From contig CAZJDY010000013.1 of assembly GCA_964544915.1 (NCBI GenBank), positions 10,487 through 74,486 of the forward strand: a DNA stretch of 64,000 nucleotides, given 5' to 3'. A program made the position numbers and the translations under genes. Source of the DNA: an uncultured Methanomassiliicoccaceae archaeon. GTDB taxonomy: Archaea > Thermoplasmatota > Thermoplasmata > Methanomassiliicoccales > JACIVX01. Of this stretch, positions 18,773 to 28,743 are shown one piece after another. The notes below the pieces were generated by a model that saw only the letters and a list, made by a program, of their open reading frames with translations, did not search any database and was not told where the DNA came from. Positions within the stretch are counted from its first letter, which is position 1. Each line of letters begins with the position of its first letter.

Positions 18773-19497
18773 TTGACACACTCCTCGTACCCTCGCTCCC
18801 TGATCTCCTGGAGCAGCTCCCTCGGGTTGCCAGAGCAAGAGATCGTTCCATTGCACAATACGTAGGCCCTGTCCGCCTCGACGTAGTCCAGTATCTGTCC
18901 AGTGTGAGTGATGATGAGCGCGGACCTGCCGTCCATGGACTTCTTGCCCGCGCACCCTCTCTTGCCGTTCAGAAGCTCTTTGACTGCATTCCCTACCCTT
19001 TCGATGCTCTCCAGGTCAACGCCCGACTCCGGCTCGTCCAGAAGGTATAGGCATGGGTCCTGCGCAGAAAGTTGCAGCAGCTCGGACCTCTTTATCTCGC
19101 CCCCGGAGAAGCCGACGTTCACATCCCTCTCGAGGAATGAGCTCATCTGGAGGGGCCTGGCGATGCTCTCGGGTTCCACCCGCTCCTTTCCGGCCACCCT
19201 GACCAGGTCCTTCAGCTTCACGCCGACGAGGTTCGGGGGTCTCTGCATCAGGATCCCGATGCCCCTCTTAGCCCTCTCGTGGATGGGAAGGTGCGTGATG
19301 TCCTCCCCCTTGAAGATGATCTTGCCGCCCTTGACCTTGTAATCGCTGAAACCCATGATCGTCATCAGCAGCGAGGACTTCCCCGAGCCGTTGGGCCCAA
19401 ACAGAACGCTTGTGTACCCATCCAGGACGCTGAGGTTCAGGTTCTTGAGGACGGTCCTACCGCCGATCTCAACTGTCAGATTCTCTATCTCCAGCAT
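18748..19497 (-). CDS. sufC: Fe-S cluster assembly ATPase SufC
   Basis: 249 aa. Walker A GPNGSGKSS, ABC signature FSGGEIKRSELLQL, Walker B LYLLDEPESGVD. Confidence 0.92.
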   Translation of the reverse strand: MLEIENLTVEIGGRTVLKNLNLSVLDGYTSVLFGPNGSGKSSLLMTIMGFSDYKVKGGKIIFKGEDITHLPIHERAKRGIGILMQRPPNLVGVKLKDLVRVAGKERVEPESIARPLQMSSFLERDVNVGFSGGEIKRSELLQLSAQDPCLYLLDEPESGVDLESIERVGNAVKELLNGKRGCAGKKSMDGRSALIITHTGQILDYVEADRAYVLCNGTISCSGNPRELLQEIRERGYEECVKCKILQIS

Positions 19498-19811
19498 TAT
19501 GATCCCGCCAATCCTCGTGGACGGGTCAGCGTGGACTTAAGGTTGTCGACAGGGTCCTTCGAATCCGGGCAGATTTCGTATGTCCGGAGAGCACGAGCCG
19601 CTTCCCCCGATCGACGCCGCGCCTCTCCCTAGAGGGCCTGTCGAACTCCTTTTATTCATCTATCCACATTGAGGCATGCAATTTATTTCAGGGGGATGGG
19701 ATCGCGACAGCAGAGCGGCAGACCAGCCCGAGGGATGGCCCCGGGGGTGGCTCCAGGAAGAGCGCCTTCAGATTCATCATACTGCTTGGTCTGGTCAGCC
19801 TCTTCGCGGAC

Positions 19812-20921
19812 ATGACGTACGACGGAGCGAAGAGCATCACGGGCTCGTACCTCGCGATCCTCGGTGCCAGCGCCACGGCGGTCGCTCTCATCATCGGCTT
19901 CGGGGAGCTCATCGGATACACGCCCCGCATCCTGTCCGGGAGCCTGATCGACAAGACCGGACGATACTGGACCCTGATGTTCATCGGGTATGGGGTGAAT
20001 CTTTTCGCGGTCCCGTTCCTCGCCTTCACCGGCGACTGGGCGACGGTCGCCGTCTTGATCATCATCGAGCGCGCCGGGAAGGCGCTCCGGACCCCGGCCC
20101 GAGATGCGATGCTGTCCCATGCCGCGAAAGAGATGGGGGGCGGTTGGGCCTTCGGACTGCACGAGGCGCTCAGTTCAGTGGGGGCGATGCTCGGGCCGGT
20201 GGCCGTTGCGGTCGTCATCATGTTCAAGGGGGGCTATCAGCTCGGCTTCGCCATCCTGGTCTTCCCCGCCGTCGTGACGATGATAGTCCTCGTCGCGGCC
20301 TGGAAGCACTGTCCGAAGCCGAGGGAACTCGAGATCGTCGAGGTTCCGCAGGGTCGGAGGAAGTTCCCAAAGGCCTTCTGGTTGTACGTCGCCGCCGCGT
20401 CCCTCATCGCGGCTGGCTATGCCGACTTCCCGTTCATCTCGTATCACTTCCAAAAGATCGCTTCGGTCCCGGAGATATGGATACCGATTTTCTACGCTAT
20501 GGCGAACGGCGTGGACGCCCTGGCCGCGATAGGCTTCGGCAGGATGTACGACCGCAGGGGCATGACGGTCTTGATAATCGGCACGTTCGTCTCCGCGTTC
20601 TTCGCGCCCCTTGTCTTCCTGGATGATTTCTACTTCGCCCTCGCCGGTATGGCGCTGTTCGGGCTGGGTTTGGGTCTGCAGGAGTCGGTCATGCGGGCGG
20701 TCATAGCGCAGATGGTCCCGCCGAACAAGCGCGGCTCCGCCTACGGCATATTCTCCACCGCGTTCGGGATCTTCTGGTTCTTCGGAACGGTGTTGATGGG
20801 CATCCTCTATGTATATTCCGTTCCGGCGACCGTGATATTCTCGCTAGGCGCGCAGCTCGCGGGGGTGGCGATGCTCATGGTGGTCAGGAAGAGGATGAAG
20901 GCGGCACCGGCTGCTGACTGA
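19812..20921 (+). CDS. MFS transporter (N-terminus unresolved)
   Basis: 369 aa from the first ATG, with multiple TM segments. The conserved TM1 FRFIILLGLVSLFADMTY is encoded in-frame upstream of 19812 with no ATG/GTG/TTG (see findings). Confidence 0.8.
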   Translation: MTYDGAKSITGSYLAILGASATAVALIIGFGELIGYTPRILSGSLIDKTGRYWTLMFIGYGVNLFAVPFLAFTGDWATVAVLIIIERAGKALRTPARDAMLSHAAKEMGGGWAFGLHEALSSVGAMLGPVAVAVVIMFKGGYQLGFAILVFPAVVTMIVLVAAWKHCPKPRELEIVEVPQGRRKFPKAFWLYVAAASLIAAGYADFPFISYHFQKIASVPEIWIPIFYAMANGVDALAAIGFGRMYDRRGMTVLIIGTFVSAFFAPLVFLDDFYFALAGMALFGLGLGLQESVMRAVIAQMVPPNKRGSAYGIFSTAFGIFWFFGTVLMGILYVYSVPATVIFSLGAQLAGVAMLMVVRKRMKAAPAAD

Positions 20922-20934
20922 GGTCACGGGGCGT

Positions 20935-21684
20935 CTACTCGAAAAAGGTGAGCATCAATATCAGCCCGACGCCGCCAGCAATCGCCAGTATCTGAATGGC
21001 CGATTTCTTCGTACTCGATTCGCGTTGCATCTCAGGCACTAGGTCGCTGCCGGCGATGTATATGAACCCGCCGGCCGCAATGGGCAACATCATGACCTTG
21101 TAGCTCTGCACCGTCTCACCGATCAGCAATGAGGCAATGGTCCCAGCGATTGCGACCGACGCCGCGAGGAAGTTGAAGAACAGCGCTCTCCTCTTCGTGA
21201 AGCCTGAATGGATCAGGACGCCGAAGTCCCCGATCTCCTGCGGTATCTCATGCATGATGATTGCAAGGGTCGTGGCGGCCCCTATCTCGAATCCAGCCAG
21301 ATACGATACCCCGATGAGCAGTCCGTCGATGAGGTTGTGCACTCCGTCCGATACCAGGTTGATGTACCCGACCGGCTTTATGCATATCTCCTCGAACTCG
21401 CAGCTGTGCTCGTGCCTCCAGTGCAGGAACTTCTCGAGAACGAAGAACGCAAAGATGCCAAGCAGGATGTAGACGGAGGTCAGGGTCGCTGAGGTGGTGA
21501 TATCGAAAGCCTCTGGTATCAGATGGATGAACGCGTCCCCGAAGAGGCTCCCTACCGCAAGCCCGACGAGCACGAATACGGCGCTCTTCAGTACCCTGTC
21601 GCTGACCATCAGGAGCACGATCCCGATGAGTGAGAGTGCGCTGACGATAACGACGCTCGCGATGGCGGCTACCCAGGCATCCAT
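20935..21684 (-). CDS. ZIP family divalent-metal transporter (ZupT-like)
   Basis: HEIPQEIGDFGVLIHSG and HNLIDGLLIG motifs, about 8 TM segments. Start placed at ATG 21684 (MDAWVAAIASVV); the ORF track extends to 21768. Confidence 0.85.
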   Translation of the reverse strand: MDAWVAAIASVVIVSALSLIGIVLLMVSDRVLKSAVFVLVGLAVGSLFGDAFIHLIPEAFDITTSATLTSVYILLGIFAFFVLEKFLHWRHEHSCEFEEICIKPVGYINLVSDGVHNLIDGLLIGVSYLAGFEIGAATTLAIIMHEIPQEIGDFGVLIHSGFTKRRALFFNFLAASVAIAGTIASLLIGETVQSYKVMMLPIAAGGFIYIAGSDLVPEMQRESSTKKSAIQILAIAGGVGLILMLTFFE

Positions 21685-21884
21685 GAGAACCCCTTTCTGT
21701 CGACTGAGATGAGGATTGATTCCGATATTGGAGCAGGCACTGTTATTACCTTTTGCTCGCCGCGCCACGTCCCCATAGCCCCTCTCGTGGAAGGTTTAAC
21801 TATCAAGTACCCTCATTCGTCATTCATCAACAGAATGGCCGTTCCGGAAGGGCGGCCAGGGGTAGGATTCCTTTGGAAAGGAGC

Positions 21885-22946
21885 GTGCTTGTGGTCGGGG
21901 GAGGCGTGGCAGGCATGCAGGCGTCCCTCGACCTCGCGAGGATGGGTCTGGAGGTCGATCTGGTCGAGAAGAGACCGAGGCTCGGGGGGAGGGTCCCGGA
22001 GCTGAATCGCATCTTTCCGAGCATGCAACCTGCGAAGGAGGTTGTCTCAGAGTTCGCTCGGCAGGTCGGGAACCACAAGAACATAAGGGTCCATCTAGAG
22101 AGCGAGGTCGTCTCGGTGCTCGGCGTCGCCGGAGACTTCTCGGTGGAAGTGCGTTCAAGGAATGACGCCGAGAAGGAGAGACCCTCCCACCTCAAGGTCG
22201 CGGGGATTATACTCGCCACTGGCCTAGAGCCCTTAGACCCTTCCATCATTCCAGAGTTCGGCTACGGAAGGCACAAGGATGTGGTCACCTCCCTTGAGTT
22301 CGAAGGCATGTTGGTCAATGCCGAAAGAACGAAGGAGACTATAGCCAGACCGAGCGACGGCAAGTCTGCAAGGACGATTGTCTTTGTCCAGTGCGTCGGC
22401 TCCCGGGTCGAGAAGAGGGGCGTGCCTTACTGCAGTTCGGTGTGCTGTATGGGGGCGATCAAGAATTCGATTCTCGTCAAGGAGCGCTTCCCCGGAACCG
22501 ATGTCTACGTATTATACATAGACGTAAGGGCGGCGGGAAAGGGTCACGAGGACATGTACAAGAAGGCGCGGCAGCTTGGCGTCAAGTTTGTGCGGGGACA
22601 ACCTTCGATGGTCATGAAGAAGGCCAAGTACGACAGTCTTCTGGTATGCGGGGAGAACACGCTGTTGAGGGAGCTGTACGAGATCCCTGCGGACGTCGTG
22701 GTGCTCAGCGTCGGGCTGAGGCAGCCGGCGGAGAACGAGCGATTGTTTCGCATGCTCGGGGTGCCTCAGGCTCCCGATGGGCTCGTGGTCGAGAAGGACG
22801 CACGCATCGCGCCCGTCGAATCCTCTGTCAACGGAGTGTTCCTGGCAGGGACGGTCGATTCGCCCAAGGACGTCCGGGACTCGATCGCGCAGGGGAGTGC
22901 CGCAGCGTCGAAGACGATGATCCTCTTCAGAGAGCTCGGTTTGTGA
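21885..22946 (+). CDS. HdrA-like FAD-dependent oxidoreductase (short form, no ferredoxin domains)
   Basis: VLVVGGGVAGMQASLDLARMGLEVDLVEKRPRLGGR dinucleotide fold. YCSSVCCMGAIK is an HdrA-type Cys motif. Start placed at GTG 21885, preceded by GGAAAGGAG; the ORF track starts at 21753. Confidence 0.75.
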   Translation: MLVVGGGVAGMQASLDLARMGLEVDLVEKRPRLGGRVPELNRIFPSMQPAKEVVSEFARQVGNHKNIRVHLESEVVSVLGVAGDFSVEVRSRNDAEKERPSHLKVAGIILATGLEPLDPSIIPEFGYGRHKDVVTSLEFEGMLVNAERTKETIARPSDGKSARTIVFVQCVGSRVEKRGVPYCSSVCCMGAIKNSILVKERFPGTDVYVLYIDVRAAGKGHEDMYKKARQLGVKFVRGQPSMVMKKAKYDSLLVCGENTLLRELYEIPADVVVLSVGLRQPAENERLFRMLGVPQAPDGLVVEKDARIAPVESSVNGVFLAGTVDSPKDVRDSIAQGSAAASKTMILFRELGL

Positions 22947-22964
22947 TCCTGGAACGAACACTGC

Positions 22965-24164
22965 TCACTTCATCTCTTCCGCTATCCTCTTGAACTCCTC
23001 GGGAGCAAGCAGTCCCTTTCTCCTTATCGATTCCTCCTTGATCCTCAGCAATACCTTCCTCGCTTTCTCCTCATCCAGCATGATACCGAACTGATCGGCG
23101 TAGTATTGCACTGAGGCGAGACCGCTCTTCTTACCGAGGACGATCTTCGGAGCGTTCTGCCCGACCAGCGACCAGAGGTAGGGGAACATCGTCAGCGCGC
23201 GGTTCTTTCTCTCCAGAGTCTTCCACCACCCGGCGACTATGCCCGACTCCACATCGTACAGCTCGTTCCCGACGATCGCCTTGTTCGGTGCTTTCTTGAC
23301 ACCGCTCGCCTTCTCCACAGCATCGGACAGCTCCTTGAACCTCGAGAAGTCGAGGTCGATGTCCTGGCCGTAGAGGAGCTTGAGGCACATCGCCGTCTCC
23401 TCGAAGGACGCGTTGCCGGACCTCTCCCCAAGGCCATTGACCGTCGTGTGGACGACCTCCGCCCCGGCCTTCACGGCCGCCAGAGTGTTCGCCACTGCCA
23501 GCCCGAAGTCGTTGTGGGTGTGCACCTCGATCGGGACCTTGAAGTGCTTCTTCAGCATCTTGACGAGCTCCGTCATTCCTTCCGGGGAAAGGACCCCGAA
23601 GGTGTCGACGACATTCAGCGCGTCCATGTGACCCTCTGTCGCAACCGCGTTGATCAGATCGATCGACCAGGCGCTGTCAGCCCTGGACAGGTCGATGCAA
23701 AAGAAAGAGACATACAGGCCGTGGTCGTGCGCGTATGCCGTCGCTTCCACGGCAAGACTCTTCGCCTTCTCCTCCGACCACTCGTACGCATCCCCAATCA
23801 GCTGCCCGCTCGACGGGACCTCCATGATGACCCCGTCGACGCCGCAGTCGACCGAAGTCTCGACGTCGTCCTTCATGCATCTCGTGAACGCGAAGATCTC
23901 GCTGTCCAGTCCGGCATTGGCGAGCCTCTTGACCGCCCTCTTGTCATCCTCGGACACCAGCGGCATGCCGCCCTCGATGCGGTCGATGCCGATCTCGCTC
24001 ATCATCGTGCCGATCATTACCTTCTCGTCGCTCGTGAACACGACGCCGGGCTGCTGCTCCCCGTCCCGGAACGTCGTGTCGTGGAACCTGATCTTCTTCG
24101 GGAACTTGATCTCCTTCGCGTAGTTGTAGTGGCTTACCCAGTGCTCGTCGGACTTCCATTTCAT
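22965..24164 (-). CDS. Homocitrate / 2-isopropylmalate / citramalate synthase family protein (HMGL-like, short form)
   Basis: 399 aa. FHDTTFRDGEQQPGV and HTHNDFGLAVANTLAAV motifs. It lacks the long LeuA C-terminal regulatory domain. Confidence 0.8.
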   Translation of the reverse strand: MKWKSDEHWVSHYNYAKEIKFPKKIRFHDTTFRDGEQQPGVVFTSDEKVMIGTMMSEIGIDRIEGGMPLVSEDDKRAVKRLANAGLDSEIFAFTRCMKDDVETSVDCGVDGVIMEVPSSGQLIGDAYEWSEEKAKSLAVEATAYAHDHGLYVSFFCIDLSRADSAWSIDLINAVATEGHMDALNVVDTFGVLSPEGMTELVKMLKKHFKVPIEVHTHNDFGLAVANTLAAVKAGAEVVHTTVNGLGERSGNASFEETAMCLKLLYGQDIDLDFSRFKELSDAVEKASGVKKAPNKAIVGNELYDVESGIVAGWWKTLERKNRALTMFPYLWSLVGQNAPKIVLGKKSGLASVQYYADQFGIMLDEEKARKVLLRIKEESIRRKGLLAPEEFKRIAEEMK

Positions 24165-24332
24165 GTCGGATTCCTCTGTGGCGGTAAGGGAGTCGCCCTG
24201 TAAAAAAACCTGCGTTGTCGCATGGCGCGATTTGGCTGGAGGCGGGGGGCGGAAGGAGTTGCGGGAGCGTTAATCGAGGTCCTTCGGGGCTGTCCAGCAA
24301 AGATTAAGAACCTCCTCGCTGTTGCAGTTGGC

Positions 24333-24998
24333 ATGGATGGGAAAGCAGCCGAGACTAACCAGAAGAATCATTGGGACAGAACTTACCAGTCGAGTGCGGA
24401 TTTCTTAGGCCACGAGCCGAGCGAGTTCGGAATGGGTGCGATGAGGACGTTTGTCGCAAACGGAACGAAGAAGGTCATCGAGCTCGGTTGCGGGCAGGGT
24501 CGGGACACCCTGCACTTTCTGAAGCACGGCCTCGATGTCGTCGCATACGATTACTCGGGGACGTGCGTGGATCAGCTAAAGGAAAGGGCGAAGAAGCTCG
24601 GATTCGAGAAGAACCTGACCGCGGAGGTCCGGGACCTCAGGCACGGCATACCGCTGCAGGACGAGTCGGTCGACGGCGTCTTCTCGCACATGTTCTTCAC
24701 GATGCACTTGAACGAGAATGAGTTGGCCTATATCTTCAAGGAGTGCCACCGCGTGCTGAAGCACGGCGGGATGAACATCTACTCCGTGAGGAACATCAAG
24801 GACCCTCATTACGGGCAGGGGAAGCACCACGGCGAGGACATGTGGGAGAATCAGTTGGGATTCGTGGTGCACTTCTTCTCCCTAGAGAAGGCTCAGCGCC
24901 TCGCCGAGGGCTATGATCTTCTCTATACGAAGGAGTTCGATGACCCTACGCCGACATACACGAGAAAGCTGTACGAAATCGTCCTTTTGAAGCCGTGA
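24333..24998 (+). CDS. Class I SAM-dependent methyltransferase
   Basis: Motif I VIELGCGQGRDTLHF and post-I VVAYDYS. Start placed at ATG 24333; the ORF track starts at 24222. Confidence 0.8.
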   Translation: MDGKAAETNQKNHWDRTYQSSADFLGHEPSEFGMGAMRTFVANGTKKVIELGCGQGRDTLHFLKHGLDVVAYDYSGTCVDQLKERAKKLGFEKNLTAEVRDLRHGIPLQDESVDGVFSHMFFTMHLNENELAYIFKECHRVLKHGGMNIYSVRNIKDPHYGQGKHHGEDMWENQLGFVVHFFSLEKAQRLAEGYDLLYTKEFDDPTPTYTRKLYEIVLLKP

Positions 24999-25116
24999 TC
25001 GCAAAGCCATTACCAGGCTAGGTCTTCTTCGCCCACTGAGGCAGCGATGCTTGGATGGGCGGCCAGAGCATCGCTCATCAGTTTTCTCTTGCCGCTCGAG
25101 GCGCACTAGCACTTCG

Positions 25117-25821
25117 CTACTTCGCACGGGATTTCGGTATCGGCCCTTGGCTCATCTTGCCGATCGCGGCGACGATATTCGCCATTTTCGACATCGGAAT
25201 GCCGACCAGCATCTCTTCTGAGGCAATGTCAGTCGACTTCCTGCAACCGTAGCACCCGAGGGATAGATTCGTGTTTCCTGTGAGGTAGGGGATGACGGTG
25301 GCATCCACGCAGGTAGCCTGGAACGCTGCTGTGTCGGCGGTGATCCTTCCACCAGCGTTGAAAGTCGCAGCCACAGGCATCAGCCAGTAGATTTGCTCCG
25401 GCACTCCTACGACAACGACCACGTCAGGCTCGACTCTGGCCTTGCTCAAGGGGCTAAGTACCGTCGCGACAACGCTTCCCGCCTCGATCGTCGGCCGCTG
25501 GTCAATCATCCTCTTCGCTGCTGCCTGAGTCTCAAACATCCCCAGATTATAGTGTAGCTCTCCGGTAGCGACCTTCTCAGGAGTTGGGCTGATGCCGAGG
25601 GCGGATGCCCCGACAGGACAGGCTTGCTTCTTTGCGGGAACGACAAGAGATTCGCCTTTCCTTGCTCTCATGATTGACTGGCAGTGCCTTATCGGGGTCT
25701 CCGGCTCCGCATAGCCGGCGGGGATGTCTTGTCCTTTCTTGATGAGGGTTACAGACACTGGTTCATTCTTGAGCCCGAGGCTCTCCATAAGTATTCTTGA
25801 CATATCTTCGTATGCGGTCAT
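25117..25821 (-). CDS. DUF169 domain protein
   Basis: 234 aa. LGLKNEPVSVTLIKKGQDIP...IRHCQSIMRARKGESL...ACPVGASALG is characteristic of DUF169. Confidence 0.7.
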   Translation of the reverse strand: MTAYEDMSRILMESLGLKNEPVSVTLIKKGQDIPAGYAEPETPIRHCQSIMRARKGESLVVPAKKQACPVGASALGISPTPEKVATGELHYNLGMFETQAAAKRMIDQRPTIEAGSVVATVLSPLSKARVEPDVVVVVGVPEQIYWLMPVAATFNAGGRITADTAAFQATCVDATVIPYLTGNTNLSLGCYGCRKSTDIASEEMLVGIPMSKMANIVAAIGKMSQGPIPKSRAK

Positions 25822-26249
25822 TTAATCACCGGTTGTAGGATTGACACTCGCATATTATTCACTTACGAAAAGCCTTCACTAGCTTTTCGAAATACTATTG
25901 AAGCCTTCAGCATGATGACCTTCCACACATCGTTCCAGGCATTCGACGTCATGTCACCTCGAGAAGCTTCAAAGCGAGGGAGACAAGTGGCAGACGAGAT
26001 CATCAAGCCAAGTCCGAGTGCTTCTTCTGTCGGCGACGATTATCCTGGAAGCTGCGCGGAAATATGCGTCAAGGGATGAGGTCCTCGGCATGCTTGCCAG
26101 GTCAGTTGTCGGGGCGATATGGGAGCCGACGAGGAGGCGCTTGAGGCAAGCGGCGTCAGAGTCGATGCGGTTCCGGAGTCGGCGACATTCGAGCGCCTTC
26201 TCGACGCGATCAAAGAATGTGTGGAGAAAACGCCTCGCATGCTGTGAGT

Positions 26250-27068
26250 CTACTGGCGGCTCTCCTCCGCGAGCATGATCTTGAGAGCCTCCTCCACCGT
26301 CAAAGGAAGCGCGAATCTCCGTCCGGACTTCTCCCTGTACTTTGACACCATTCTGAGGAGAGAGGGCAGCTCCAAACTGGCCTCCGTCAGGACATCCGCC
26401 CGCTCGACCAGGTCTCTCGGGCTTCCGTCGAATTTCTTCTCTTTCCTCAGGACTATGACGCGGTCGGTCAGCTCGAATGCGACTGAGAGGTCGTGCGTTG
26501 CGAGAACAACTGTCTCCGAGAGCGAATCAAGGATTTTCACCAAGTCCCTTCTGCATTGCGGGTCAAGATTGGCCGTCGGCTCGTCTAGCAGCAGGATTGG
26601 AGCTTTCATCGACAGCACGCCGGCGATCGCGACTCTCTTCTTCTCGCCGCAGCTCAGATGATGAGGCACTCTTTCCTCATAACCCTCGATCCCGGCCATT
26701 CTCATCGCCTTCCTGACTCTATCCTTGACCTCCTCCGCCCCCAGACCCATGTTGATCGGTCCGAAGGCGACGTCGTCCCACACCGTCGGCATGAATATCT
26801 GATCATCTGGGTCTTGGAACAGGAACTCTATGTGCTTTCTCAGCCTTTCTGCTCCCTTCTTCGTCACCTTCTCCCCCATTATCTCAACGGTTCCCTCGGT
26901 CGGGAAGTTGAGCGCGGCTATAATGCGGAGCAGCGTGCTCTTCCCCGCCCCGTTCGGACCGACGAGCGCGACCCTCTCCCCCTGTCCGATCGTCAGGTCT
27001 ATCTTCTCCAGAGCGCGGATCCCGTCAGGGTAAACATAGGAGACATCGGTCAGCTTCAGAGCGTCCAA
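26250..27068 (-). CDS. cbiO: ECF transporter ATPase (CbiO/NikO type)
   Basis: Walker A GPNGAGKST, signature LSCGEKKRVAIAG, Walker B ILLLDEPTANLD. Confidence 0.9.
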   Translation of the reverse strand: MDALKLTDVSYVYPDGIRALEKIDLTIGQGERVALVGPNGAGKSTLLRIIAALNFPTEGTVEIMGEKVTKKGAERLRKHIEFLFQDPDDQIFMPTVWDDVAFGPINMGLGAEEVKDRVRKAMRMAGIEGYEERVPHHLSCGEKKRVAIAGVLSMKAPILLLDEPTANLDPQCRRDLVKILDSLSETVVLATHDLSVAFELTDRVIVLRKEKKFDGSPRDLVERADVLTEASLELPSLLRMVSKYREKSGRRFALPLTVEEALKIMLAEESRQ

Positions 27069-27790
27069 GCGATCACTCCAATCTGCGTAAGAAGGGCAAC
27101 AAGCGACATGCCGACGAACGCTGAGGCGAAGCCCGCATCCCTCGGGGATGCCCGCAATCGATTCAACGTCCTTATCTCCCCATCGTAGCCTCTCGACACC
27201 AGAGCATCGTATATGTTTCCCGCCCGGATGTTCGATCTCACGAAGACCATCCCGGCAGTATAGGCGATCGTCCGCAGCTTTTCCTTCTGGAATATGTTCC
27301 CGCCTCCGTTGAAGCCTCTGGCCGCACGCGCCATCTTCATCCTCTCGAGCTCATCCAGCAGGACGAAGATGAACCTGTAGGTGAAGAGGAGAAGGGAAGA
27401 GAAGATGGCGGGCAGTCTGAACCATCGCAGCGCCTTCAGCAGGTCGAAGAAAGGGGTCGTGCTGACCAGGAGGAGGAGGGCGACAACCGAGTCCGTTATC
27501 CGAAGGAACATGCCGAGTGCAACGTCCGTCCCCGAGGACAGGAATATGGCCAGCGAGGCGAACACGATGAAGGGGAATGCCAGCAGGTAGGATTTCCCGA
27601 GGTGCTTCACCGGGACCTTCGAAGCCGCGACAAGGACCAGCAGGAACACGATGCACAAGAGCAGGGGGACGATTTCCGTCAGGAAGGCCACGGCGACGAT
27701 GAGGATGATGGTGCTGACTATCTTGACCCTCGGGTCGAAGCGGTTCAGTGGAGATCGCTTCGCGTACTGGTCTATCTCATGGTGCCTCAT
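27056..27790 (-). CDS. cbiQ: ECF transporter transmembrane T component (CbiQ/NikQ)
   Basis: 244 aa. N-terminal LNRFDPRVKIVSTIILIV, and ARAARGF in the C-terminal half. Overlaps the neighbouring genes at both ends. Confidence 0.85.
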   Translation of the reverse strand: MRHHEIDQYAKRSPLNRFDPRVKIVSTIILIVAVAFLTEIVPLLLCIVFLLVLVAASKVPVKHLGKSYLLAFPFIVFASLAIFLSSGTDVALGMFLRITDSVVALLLLVSTTPFFDLLKALRWFRLPAIFSSLLLFTYRFIFVLLDELERMKMARAARGFNGGGNIFQKEKLRTIAYTAGMVFVRSNIRAGNIYDALVSRGYDGEIRTLNRLRASPRDAGFASAFVGMSLVALLTQIGVIAWTL

Positions 27791-28073
27791 TTCTATCGTT
27801 CTCCGAGCCCTTCCTCATGCGGACGATCCTCAGATAACCGTAAACGGTGCCGAATGTGATCCCGGCTCCGACCAGTCCCGCCAAAAGGGCGGTCAGGTAG
27901 TCATCGCCGTATGCTAGCGGGGCGTTGTAGACCGATGGTTGTTCCCCGACCCCGGCCTCCTCCATCGTCCTCTCCAGGCCGTCCCCGTAGGCCGCGGAGA
28001 ATGCGAAGTAGAGGACGAGCCCGATCGCGAACAAGGCGACAATCCCAAGTGCCGCCTTCAAGTATCTCCTCAA
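27777..28073 (-). CDS. PDGLE-domain small membrane component (NikN/CbiN-like) of the ECF importer
   Basis: 98 aa with two TM segments flanking AAYGDGLERTMEE (PDGLE-like motif). Located between cbiM and cbiQ. Confidence 0.7.
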   Translation of the reverse strand: MRRYLKAALGIVALFAIGLVLYFAFSAAYGDGLERTMEEAGVGEQPSVYNAPLAYGDDYLTALLAGLVGAGITFGTVYGYLRIVRMRKGSENDRNEAP

Positions 28074-28729
28074 GACGGCGCCTCCTTTGTCGCCACCCTC
28101 ATCTTGAGGATTTCGGGCGCGACCTTAGCCAGATAGATGAATATGCCGCCGGTGATCATCGCCTCCCCGACCCCTATGAGCGCGTGATAACCCAGCATCA
28201 ACGGAATGGACAGGGTGCCGATGATGCCGTACGTTCCCCCAGAGAGGTCGTAGCTGAGCGCCAGCTCGAGGGCCGTCACGAGCGCTGCGACGAACACCGA
28301 GGCCCAGGCCGCAACGATCGCCCCGTTCCTTTCGTGCTTCGGAGAGAAAAGTCTGAACGCCCCCCAGGAGACGAAGCATCCGACGACAGCCATGTTCATG
28401 ATGTTCAGGCCGAGGGCTGTCAGACCCCCATCCCCGAAAACGAAGCACTGGATGATCAGGATTACAGAGATGACGATAACGGCAGCGTACGGTCCGAGCA
28501 GGACGGTGGCAAGAGCAGCGCCGACCAGGTGCCCCGTCGTCCCGCCCCAGACCGGAAAGTTGATCATCTGCGCCACGAAAATCCCGGCTGCTAGTATGGC
28601 CATGAACGGGATCACCCTGTCGTCGACCCTCCGATTCATCCTCGCGACGGAAAGTGCGACGACCGCCAGTGCCACGATCCAACCTAGGGCGACAAACTCA
28701 GGGGACATCAGTCCGTCTGGTATGTGCAA
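28070..28729 (-). CDS. cbiM: ECF transporter substrate-capture component CbiM/NikM
   Basis: A TTG start at 28729 gives the N-terminus MHIPDGLMSP (the conserved CbiM/NikM Met-His N-terminus), preceded by GGGGGAGAG. The ORF-track GTG at 28750 adds 7 residues and lies in an operator-like palindrome. Confidence 0.88.
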   Translation of the reverse strand: MHIPDGLMSPEFVALGWIVALAVVALSVARMNRRVDDRVIPFMAILAAGIFVAQMINFPVWGGTTGHLVGAALATVLLGPYAAVIVISVILIIQCFVFGDGGLTALGLNIMNMAVVGCFVSWGAFRLFSPKHERNGAIVAAWASVFVAALVTALELALSYDLSGGTYGIIGTLSIPLMLGYHALIGVGEAMITGGIFIYLAKVAPEILKMRVATKEAPS

Positions 28730-28743
28730 TCCGGCTCTCCCCC

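Noticed and set aside
17417-18865. 482-aa plus-strand ORF
   Set aside because: It is antisense to sufB. It is Arg/Pro/Asp/Leu-rich with no recognisable domain, so it is a shadow ORF.
18773-18955. N-terminal extension of the sufB ORF (469 aa in the ORF track). There are analogous extensions of the ZIP (to 21768), HdrA-like (from 21753), methyltransferase (from 24222), cupin (to 32559) and E1 (from 61984) ORFs.
   Set aside because: The extensions overlap neighbouring genes or promoters and have non-protein-like composition. In each case an internal start with a purine-rich SD gives the family-typical N-terminus.
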